Shown here: positions 28,571-36,369 of the stretch, piece by piece | Position numbering within the stretch: the stretch's first letter is position 1 | How the letters are laid out: every line of letters begins with the position of its first letter | Origin: a virus | Length of the DNA: 64,000 nt | Reading direction: 5' to 3' (one strand) | Virus record (IMG/VR): IMGVR_UViG_3300012351_000007 | Span: 21,699-85,698 of that record | Position numbers and translations under genes: made by a program | The notes under the pieces: model-generated | The model's input: only the letters and a program-made list of their open reading frames with translations | Database searches by the model: none | Told to the model about the DNA's origin: nothing

Positions 28571-28795
28571 CTAGAGAGGGTCAGAGGAGTCGGCCTTGCG
28601 GCCACCCAGGGCCGCGACAGCCCCGACGGCATGCTCCAGCACGATCGCGTACAAGGAGACAAAAACCAAAAACGGCACCGAGGAACGCCACGCGGTCATT
28701 CCCGGTATGCACAGTCCGGCCCAGACGACGGCGCCGATGGCATGCACCCAGAACCAGACCCGGGGGCTGGTCAGCGGGTGGCGGACCCGGGGCAT
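28571..28795 (-). CDS. Two-TM membrane protein (holin-like)
   Basis: GGAGG RBS; two hydrophobic helices. Confidence 0.65.
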   Translation of the reverse strand: MPRVRHPLTSPRVWFWVHAIGAVVWAGLCIPGMTAWRSSVPFLVFVSLYAIVLEHAVGAVAALGGRKADSSDPL

Positions 28796-29023
28796 CCGCC
28801 CTCCCGGGGGGTTGTGGGTGCGCGGCCGGACGGCGAGGTTCCAGCCGCGCACGTTGGGAGGGTCCGGGCCAGCCAGGGGGGCTCGCGGCGAGCATGGGTA
28901 CAAGACGCGAGAACTACGCCAGCCAGCTAGCCCGGACCATCCGGGAGGTGTGAACCGGCGCATTCGATGCCAGCGGGCGCAGAACGGTCCACGCTAGGCA
29001 GCCTTGCTCATCTGGGGTCAGGG

Positions 29024-29272
29024 TCAAGCGACACGCCGGTCCCTCTTGCCCAGTTTTTTCCCGGTTCGGTAGGGCCTCGCCTGAATCCCGGCCAGGAGGT
29101 CCAGGGCGAGCAGGTTGTCGTACAGCGGCCGCCCCGTCGCCCGGTCGTACTCGGCGGCCGGGCAGTAGCGGCGGACCGTGGCTTCGGACACCGCCAGGTC
29201 GTGGTAGCGCAGCAGCGCTTCGGCGTCCATCAGCGCGTAGTTGCGGGCGGGGTCGATCGGCAGCACGATCAT
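29024..29272 (-). CDS. Small HTH-like DNA-binding protein at the early/late boundary
   Basis: VSEATVRRYC...GRPLYD pattern. Confidence 0.6.
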   Translation of the reverse strand: MIVLPIDPARNYALMDAEALLRYHDLAVSEATVRRYCPAAEYDRATGRPLYDNLLALDLLAGIQARPYRTGKKLGKRDRRVA

Positions 29273-29311
29273 CTTCCGATCGTGGCACCGACTGGAGCCG
29301 GGCGCAGGCGG

Positions 29312-29482
29312 TCAGGCTGACTTCCAGCCCTTCGGCATGTTCCGCTGCGCGTAGGCGAGCATCCGTCGGATCATCTCCGAGCGGTTCACGTCCTCAGTCG
29401 TGGCGCGCTGGTCGATCCAGTCGATGCCGTCCTGGGCGAGTTTGATGGCAACGAGGGGGCGCCGAGGCCCCGGGCGGGGCAT
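29312..29482 (-). CDS. Ribbon-helix-helix protein (56 aa)
   Basis: MPRPGPRRPLVAIKL...IDQRA...NRSEMIRRML; below the ORF-track cutoff. Confidence 0.75.
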   Translation of the reverse strand: MPRPGPRRPLVAIKLAQDGIDWIDQRATTEDVNRSEMIRRMLAYAQRNMPKGWKSA

Positions 29483-29739
29483 CAGGTGCCCCGCCCGACC
29501 TTGTCACGAATCCGGCCAGCCACCGACGCGGCGTACTCCCGCACCTGCTCGTCCGCATCAGCGGCGTCATCCACGATCCACTGAGCAAGTTCAGTCATTG
29601 GGCTTGCGCGCCCGACATCGACACCAGCACAGAACGCCTCGCGGATCGCGTACATGACGGCCTTGGAACTCCGGTCGCCCTCACGTACCCATCGGCTGTA
29701 GATCCGATGCGCCTCAGGACTGAACGGTGCCGCGCTCAT
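29482..29739 (-). CDS. Hypothetical protein
   Basis: Translationally coupled to both neighbours. Confidence 0.6.
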   Translation of the reverse strand: MSAAPFSPEAHRIYSRWVREGDRSSKAVMYAIREAFCAGVDVGRASPMTELAQWIVDDAADADEQVREYAASVAGRIRDKVGRGT

Positions 29740-29906
29740 CGTGCGGCCCCCTGGCAGTCAGCGCAGTTGGAGGGCCGGGCCGAAGGCCGGATCTTGCCGT
29801 GGATGAGCGCACCACAGAGCGCGGTGTTGGAGAACGTCGGCACGATGTGAATGGTGCCGGTGTGGACGATCTGAATGTTGTCGGTGGTGGCCCAGGTCTT
29901 CGTCAT
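29736..29906 (-). CDS. Small Cys-containing protein (leaderless, 56 aa)
   Basis: MTKTWATT...ALCG...CADC; ATG 7 nt after the -10 box. Confidence 0.62.
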   Translation of the reverse strand: MTKTWATTDNIQIVHTGTIHIVPTFSNTALCGALIHGKIRPSARPSNCADCQGAAR

Positions 29907-29950
29907 GTGTATAACACTACACCCGCTAGGCGGATAGTGTCAAACACTAT
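29905..29950 (-). promoter_or_regulatory. Housekeeping-sigma promoter with overlapping palindromic operators
   Basis: TTGACA-N18-TAGTGT; palindrome ATAGTGT-CAA-ACACTAT over -35 and a related copy over -10. Confidence 0.8.
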
Positions 29951-30255
29951 GAGACGGCGGGGTCCGGCATCGCCAGCCCCAGCGCGGGCACGCCCAGGAT
30001 CTCATCGGCCCGGTACGTCTGCCCGTACAGGACCGTCCCCGGGGCGACGTGCACGTCCAGCAGCCACAAGCCACCGGGAGCCGGCAGGAACGGACCACCC
30101 TCGGGGGCCCGACCCACCACCTCGGCAAGGCAGATCACCGACGGGGAGTCGTCCTCCACCGCCGCAGCGCGACCTACCGCCACCATGACGGCCAGGCCAG
30201 GCTTCAACATGCCCGGGGGAACCCCGAGCCCTTCCCAACGGTCGGTATCTGCCAC
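29947..30255 (-). CDS. Hypothetical protein
   Basis: ORF with plausible codon bias. Confidence 0.55.
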   Translation of the reverse strand: MADTDRWEGLGVPPGMLKPGLAVMVAVGRAAAVEDDSPSVICLAEVVGRAPEGGPFLPAPGGLWLLDVHVAPGTVLYGQTYRADEILGVPALGLAMPDPAVS

Positions 30256-30344
30256 GGGATCAGGCTAGCGGGCGGCGGCGGAGAACCAGGGAAGGCGCCG
30301 CGGCGGCCAGCGGACTACGCCGACCGCCGCAGGCTCTACAGTGA

Positions 30345-30473
30345 TCAGATGCGCGTCGCCACGATGTAGACGGACACAGCCACAACGACGATGACGCAGA
30401 GTCGGACGGTCCGGGAGTTGCCAGCCAGCGCGTACCGGATCGTCCGACCCACCTCCCCGAAGAGGGTCTTCAC
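30345..30473 (-). CDS. 42-aa single-TM peptide (type I toxin-like)
   Basis: GGAGGTGA RBS; MKTLFGEVGRTIRYALAGNSRTVRLCVIVVVAVSVYIVATRI; GC-rich hairpin downstream. Confidence 0.68.
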   Translation of the reverse strand: MKTLFGEVGRTIRYALAGNSRTVRLCVIVVVAVSVYIVATRI

Positions 30474-30736
30474 GTTTCACCTCCCCTCACGCTAGATGCG
30501 TGAGGGGCACCCTAACCCCGCCCCGTTCCGTCCCCATATGTCCCGATCTTCCGGAGCTCGTCGGAGGCCAGCCGACCAACGGGTCGCCGCTGAGCCGCCA
30601 GAACGGCTCGGGGGTATACCGGGGCACCGTCCGGCGAGGCGGCCGCGGCAGAGGCTCTGGCGTGGATCAAGGCGTCTGACGAGCGGGAATGCGGCCACTC
30701 CGGGAGCCAGGTTCTACCGTCTGACACAATGACCAG

Positions 30737-31006
30737 GTGACGCGCATGTTCTACTTCGGCCTCGGCTGCTTCGTTGCCGGATGGGTTTTGGCTGGCTGGC
30801 TGGAACACAACCACATCGCCATCGGATGGGACGCGCTCATCCTCGTCGCGTCGCTGCTCGTCATGGCTGCGGTTCACGACCGGTTGGTCCGACGTCCGAC
30901 TCGTCGCGATCGTGAGCAAACAGGCCAGCGAGAGCATTCGCCGCCAGAGACGCCGCCTGGAAACTGTCACCCATCCAACGCAAACAGATCTCGTCGGTTG
31001 ACCTGA
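30737..31006 (+). CDS. Two-TM membrane protein (moron-like)
   Basis: CACAAT -10 box 6 nt before GTG (leaderless); two hydrophobic helices. Confidence 0.6.
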   Translation: MTRMFYFGLGCFVAGWVLAGWLEHNHIAIGWDALILVASLLVMAAVHDRLVRRPTRRDREQTGQREHSPPETPPGNCHPSNANRSRRLT

Positions 31007-31231
31007 TTAGGATGTCCCGGACGAACCGAGCCTCGGGCGTCGTGACGCCTCCGCAATAGTCAAGCGCGGTATATCCGGGCCGCTCGTGCCCCAGGAGTGC
31101 GGACACCGCGACCATTTGAATCAGTGTGGCCGCCAGGCGGTTGCCGTCGAGGTCGCAGACAGGTGGACGACCCCCGTTGGGTATTGATCCACCATCGCTG
31201 GATGCTGTCCGCACCTCGCCAAAGGCTGTTG

Positions 31232-31639
31232 TCACAGTCCGATTCCTCTCATGGGGTTGTCGCGCCACATGTCGTACTCCACCGGGGGCGTCGGCTCAGC
31301 CCACCCGGTTAGCGGCGACCAGTACCGCGCCACGATCCCGAGAATCACCGCCGGTGAGCGCTCGCGGTACTCCTGGAAGACGCCAGTCCGCCACCGCCAC
31401 TCTCGGTTGTTACATGAGCGACACAGCCACCCTCGGATACTGCCCGTCTGGTGGTCGTGGTCAAGGACCTCCAAGGTGTCCGCGCACACTGCACATCGGC
31501 CGGCTTGCCATTCGGCGAGGACGGAGTCTCCCGTGAAGTCGGTGGCGGCTGCGGCTGCGGCACGGACGCCATCGCTGATTGGCCACTCCCAGCATGCCGG
31601 ATGCTCCGGGGCGGGCCGCCAGTAAAATACGTCAGTCAC
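31232..31639 (-). CDS. Endonuclease VII-like domain protein
   Basis: QAGRCAVC...LDHDHQTGSIRGWLCRSCN. Confidence 0.78.
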   Translation of the reverse strand: MTDVFYWRPAPEHPACWEWPISDGVRAAAAAATDFTGDSVLAEWQAGRCAVCADTLEVLDHDHQTGSIRGWLCRSCNNREWRWRTGVFQEYRERSPAVILGIVARYWSPLTGWAEPTPPVEYDMWRDNPMRGIGL

Positions 31640-32636
31640 GATCCACCCCGGCGGTGGCGGCAGCCACGAGGTAGGACGGGTCGCGGTCGAGGGATGCGCG
31701 GGCACGGTCGTAGCGCTGGGTGGTGCGCGGGTCGGCATGGCCTAGGGCGTACTGCCGCTCCTCCAGCGGCGCGCCGCGTTCCCGGGCGATGGTTGCCCAG
31801 GCATGCCGGAACGAGTGCGGGGTGATCCTCGCCCAGGAGTTGATGCCAGCCGCTTTCGCCGAGCGGCGCACGAAGGCGGCCACCTGGAAGCGGTTGATCC
31901 GTCGCCCGTCCTCGTCAAGGAACAGCGGACCGGTCGTCCGGTCGCCGACGTATGCGGCCAGCGCGGCGGCCAAATCCGGGGGAACCGCCCGGGTACGGAC
32001 CTTCCCGCCTTTCATCTGAAGAGCGGCCGTGCGGTGCCCCGAGTCGTGGCCAAGGTGCTCAACATCGAGGGCGCAGATCTCCGACACCCGGGCGCCGATC
32101 TCGACGAGGAACCCGGCAAGAGCCGCCCCGCAGGCCGGGCCGAGGAAACGGTCCTTCCTCGCCGCTTCCCGCAGCGCGGTTGCTTCGTCGGCGTTCAGCC
32201 CGATGGTGGTCGTGTGGTCCTTATCCACTCGCGGGCGCCGGACTCGCCCGCACGGGTTCGCGGTGACCTTCCCCGCGTCGAGCAGGTAGCCGTACCACGA
32301 CGAGACGACCGACAGGCGCCGCGCAAGACTCGCCGGGGAGAGCGGGCGGCCGGTTCGGGGGTTGGGGAGGTTGGCGAGCATCGCGGCGAACGCATCGACG
32401 TGGGGGCGCCGGGCGGTGAGCGGGTCCAGTGGCGGTTGGCGTTCGGCGCACCAGGCGAGCCACGCGGTGATGTCGCGGCGGTAGGCGCCACGGGTGTCGG
32501 CTGATTCCCGGAATGACAGGAGCCACGCGGCGGTGAGCGACTGGAGGTCATCGCCCTCGACCGCGGCGACCGGGTCAACGATCTCCCCGTGGATGACTGG
32601 AGCTAGCGCGGTTCTCCCGAGATCGAGATCGGTCAT
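31632..32636 (-). CDS. Tyrosine recombinase, XerC/D-like resolvase
   Basis: SAM-like N-domain; GARVSE, KGGK, HSFRH, LGHA...TQRY catalytic set. Confidence 0.92.
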   Translation of the reverse strand: MTDLDLGRTALAPVIHGEIVDPVAAVEGDDLQSLTAAWLLSFRESADTRGAYRRDITAWLAWCAERQPPLDPLTARRPHVDAFAAMLANLPNPRTGRPLSPASLARRLSVVSSWYGYLLDAGKVTANPCGRVRRPRVDKDHTTTIGLNADEATALREAARKDRFLGPACGAALAGFLVEIGARVSEICALDVEHLGHDSGHRTAALQMKGGKVRTRAVPPDLAAALAAYVGDRTTGPLFLDEDGRRINRFQVAAFVRRSAKAAGINSWARITPHSFRHAWATIARERGAPLEERQYALGHADPRTTQRYDRARASLDRDPSYLVAAATAGVDRD

Positions 32637-32682
32637 AGGCCCGAGGGTAGGCGTCGAGTGGCGTCCGTCGATTGTGCCGCGC

Positions 32683-32710
32683 CGCACACATAAGGGGAAT
32701 TATGTGAGGC
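32683..32710. other. dif/res-like recombination site
   Basis: CGCACACATAA-GGGGAA-TTATGTGAGGC: 11-6-11 geometry with ACATAA/TTATGT inner palindrome, about 50 bp upstream of the recombinase. Confidence 0.75.
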
Positions 32711-32837
32711 TCGGGGTGGCGGATCGATCACCGTAACCAGCTAGATCGACAGCCGTTCACCGGATCACCCTTGCGTAGGACATCGCCTACCTGTCACCAT
32801 CGATTTCAACGGCCAGCGAAATCCGGGGAGGAGGACC

Positions 32838-33065
32838 ATGGCGATCCGCCTCGTGCGTGGCGTCCTCACCGACGGCGCCGTGGACATCAAGATCTGGAAC
32901 GCACTCGTCGCCGCCGGGGTGTCCGTCGCCGAATGCTCGTGCGGGGAGAGCGCCGACGGGGACCCGATCACCGAAGGGCGGGGGCTGACGTTCGCCGCCG
33001 TGAAGTGCCGGGGCTGTGGGGTAGAGGCGTGCCGGCCCGTCAGCCCGAGGACGGTTGCGGCCTGA
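32838..33065 (+). CDS. Small Zn-ribbon protein
   Basis: GAGGAGG RBS; CSC and CRGC motifs. Confidence 0.65.
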   Translation: MAIRLVRGVLTDGAVDIKIWNALVAAGVSVAECSCGESADGDPITEGRGLTFAAVKCRGCGVEACRPVSPRTVAA

Positions 33066-33167
33066 CGACTCCGACCGCGCGGAGGTTGTACAGCCTCAAC
33101 CTCTTGTCGTGGGCTCATCGGTCAGCTCCCAGGAGACCCCCGGCTTTAGCCGTGGGGAGGAAGTCAA
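33063..33167 (+). mobile_element. Orphan IS200/IS605-type right end with upstream hairpin
   Basis: CCCCCGGCTTTAGCCGTGGGGAGGAAGTCAA; shares terminal GGAGGAAGTCAA with the 23265 element. Confidence 0.7.
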
Positions 33168-33303
33168 AAGTGCACCCACACCCCCTTCCCCCCGCGACTG
33201 TGATCGGCGTCACAGAGAAAGATTGTCGGTGCGGGCTGATCAGGCGCCTAAGGAGTGGGGTATCCGCACGGCCGTCGTGCCGGGTGCCGCTTCGCCGGGA
33301 AGC

Positions 33304-35030
33304 TCAACGTCCCATCTGTTCGCGAATCTCGTCCCGGATCACCGCGAGCACCCTGAGCGCAGCGTCATCGGCACCCTTGCCGCACCGGCAACCCTCGACG
33401 CAGCAGGTGGGGATCGGGTCGTCCCAGTCGGCGATGTCGTGGACCACGCCAACGTGCGGGCAGGGCGGGTCGTTCGGGCACAGCCACCAGCCGGACTCGC
33501 TCACGCCGGGCGCCACTCTGCCCATTCGCGAAGCTGGCGCTGCGCCTCGGGGCTGGCCATCACGCCATCCACATAGTGCCGGCGCAGGTGGTCGATGCCC
33601 TCGTCTGGCATCCCGTCGCTTCGTAGGCCCGGCTCGTCGTTCTCGGCGAAGTAGCGCGCCGCGAGTGCCCGCATCTCGTCGTCGCTCACCGGCTCACCGT
33701 ACCTTCCGGGGTTCCCACGTTCCATTGCCTTCGTCGCCCCCCAGCCGGACCTGCTTCGCCGAGTCGGCCAGATCGCCCCAGGGGATGCGGACCGGCAGTT
33801 TGTCCGCCTCGGTGTGCGCCTTGTCGTAGTCGGCTTCGCTGAGGTACCACAGCCGGCAGCCCTTGCCGTCGTCGCGGAACCGGATGCCCTCGCCGCGCTC
33901 GAAGGTGAACGACCAGCCGATCGCCCTCGGGGCGCCGCCGTAGTCGAGGCGATCGGCGAGACGACGCAGCCGTTCCCCCAGCCAGCGCCTCACGGTTCTG
34001 CCCAGTAGAGCATGCCGACCAAGCAGTGGGTCCCCACCCTCGGCGAGGTGCGCCAGGGCCTTGTCAACGCCCGTGCGGCACGTCGTACAGTCGGGGCGGC
34101 CGTGCATCCCCCGCTCCTCCACGATCGCCGGATCGTCGGTGATCACCCATTCGGCGTGGTGCAGGATCTCCCCCAGGTTGGTCGACAGCTTCTCGCTGAC
34201 CTTCCGGAGCAGCCGGCCGAGGACGGCCACGTTCACCGCCGGCGGACCGTCACCCAACTGGACGTAGATCCCGTCCGGGACCGACGCGATGCACGAGTCC
34301 CCACCGGCGACGGACCGGTGCTCGTTGGTGGTACGGATGGAGTACACCGGCAGGGCTGCGCCGACCTCCAAGACTGCGCCGTCGTCGGGATCCATGCCGC
34401 ACTCCTTGCGTGGGGGGACAGGAGGTTAACGACCGAAAGCGGCGCAGGAATCGGACGGCCGTGGCCCGCGTCGACGGGACGCGGGCCACTTGGCCGAGTG
34501 CCAGAAGCCGACTCTTCCTGGCCGGGGTTCCGGCGCTCAAGGGTCAAGTTACCGACGACGGGCACGGCGGTCAGTCACCCGTCCGGGGGACGCGGGTCGG
34601 TGGCCACGTCGGGCTCCGGGTCGTCCACGTACGTTCCCTCAGCCATCCGGCGGGTGTCGCACGGCCACGGTTCGCGGCACTCGTTGCAGTAGTCGTCGAA
34701 CATGCCGCCCGGCGCGGACATCCGGGAGTGCCAGTCGGCGATCCGCTCCAAGCGCTCCTGAAGGTCACTGATCAGGGTGATGGCCCGCCAGGTGCGGGCG
34801 TCGAGATCCCGCTCATACCCTTTGCCGTGCGGGATGCCGGCCATGTCGAGGAGGTGGTGGGAGTTGCGGGCCTCCTGGAACACCTCGCCGGTCCACGCGA
34901 TCGGGATGCCGCAGATCTGGGCCTCGAAGTCCTCGGCGATGTGCAGCAGCGGATGCGGTTTGGTGCTCAACTCGGCCAGAAGTTGGAAGTTGACCTCGCT
35001 CACGCCGCCGCCTCCCATGTCTGCCATCAC
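33304..35030 (-). CDS. Run of small coupled hypothetical genes (33304-33504, 33501-33690, 33694-34395, 34575-35030)
   Basis: Overlapping start/stop couplings and phage-like codon bias; functions not recognised. Confidence 0.5.
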
Positions 35031-36250
35031 ACCACCCACGCCGGAACGTCGACATAGGGCCGCTCAACCTGCGCCGCTGGCCGTGGCGGGCGAGGCAGCG
35101 ACGAACGGCGCAGACGCGGCCGGACCAACTCCTCCTCCGACCAGATCTCCAACTGGGCGGCCCGCAGCGGCAGGAACTGGTTGCGGTGCACATCGGTACG
35201 GTGGCAGCGCCGGCAGTAGATCCTCGACACGGACTCGTCGGCGTCCTTCCACAGGTCCGCCCCGCACGGCGACTCGACTTCCCGGCCCTCGTCGTCGAGC
35301 GTCTTCAGCGTTGCCGGGCAGCGTCCGCAGTACCAGTCGCCCCGGTCCGCCTCGCCGAGCACGGCGCGGGCAGCACCACCCAGGCACCGCAGGCCGTCGA
35401 TGAAGCCCCCGATGTCCGGGTGGCGTTCGTCGTCGTCGCAGGCCCGATCAAACCAGACGGCGAGGTAGCCGCAGCCGGTACCCAGCGCGAACCCCTCCAG
35501 GGCCTGCCCGTAGCGGTGGGTGAGGCGCTGCTCCTGCGGGTCGTCGGGACGGTCGGCGGGTTTCGGGGCGGCACCGAGGCCGAGGACCACCCGGCCGCCT
35601 TCCGCCGCCGCCCGCTCGCGGGCCGCCTGCCACTCCCGCAGGGCCGCCTCGTGCCGCTCCCGGGCCGCTCGGATCTCCGGCCACGGGAGAGGCTTGCCCT
35701 GCCCGTCGCGGACGCTCGGGCGCTGCGGCGCCGGCGGCAACTCCGGCACCACACCCGGATGCGCGTCGACCAGCGACGGCCGATGGTGGGCATGCCGCCG
35801 ACGCCACGCCCCCGCCCAGCCGCCCACCCACTCGGGGATGCTCAGGTCCGCCTCCTCCGGGGTCCAGTCAGGGCGGCGGCGCCAGCCCGGCTGGGCCAAC
35901 CGTTGGGAGGTTCCCCGCAGCGACAGGGCCGCCAGAGTCGCTGCGGTCCGGGAACCCGGGGAGGATGTGCTGACCTTCTCCCCCGCACCCTGCCCGGGCA
36001 CCAGTTCCACATCCAGCCGCCGGTACAGGGACGGCACGTCGGCGATCCACTCCTGGACCCGCTGCCGGCACGTCGCGCACACCCGGTCCGGGACCGGGCG
36101 TTTCCGGCCGCATAGGAGGCAGGTCAGTGGTGGGCCGTCGCCGGCCAGGTTGCCGTACCCGTCGCACCCGTGGCTCCCGCAGCCGCCGTTCATCGTGCAG
36201 GCTGGCCGAAACGCACCCCCCACGTGACACCCACAGTTGCAACCCGGCAT
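35027..36250 (-). CDS. Multi-Zn-finger protein (possible late-gene regulator)
   Basis: CLLC...CATC N-terminal and CGRCP...PCG...CRRC C-terminal; function inferred from position only. Confidence 0.6.
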   Translation of the reverse strand: MPGCNCGCHVGGAFRPACTMNGGCGSHGCDGYGNLAGDGPPLTCLLCGRKRPVPDRVCATCRQRVQEWIADVPSLYRRLDVELVPGQGAGEKVSTSSPGSRTAATLAALSLRGTSQRLAQPGWRRRPDWTPEEADLSIPEWVGGWAGAWRRRHAHHRPSLVDAHPGVVPELPPAPQRPSVRDGQGKPLPWPEIRAARERHEAALREWQAARERAAAEGGRVVLGLGAAPKPADRPDDPQEQRLTHRYGQALEGFALGTGCGYLAVWFDRACDDDERHPDIGGFIDGLRCLGGAARAVLGEADRGDWYCGRCPATLKTLDDEGREVESPCGADLWKDADESVSRIYCRRCHRTDVHRNQFLPLRAAQLEIWSEEELVRPRLRRSSLPRPPRPAAQVERPYVDVPAWVV

Positions 36251-36369
36251 GTCGTGATCCCCCCGCGTCCCATATGTCCTATGCTGGTCGGCGCTGGAAG
36301 CGGTGAGACGGCCCGGGGGTCGAGGGGTGGCCCCGGGCCGTTGCCGTACCCCGGACGATGGCCTAACGA

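Noticed and set aside
32838-33065. TnpB remnant upstream of the second right end
   Set aside because: Only a vague Cys spacing resemblance; no RuvC motif (e.g. D-x-NAA-x-N)
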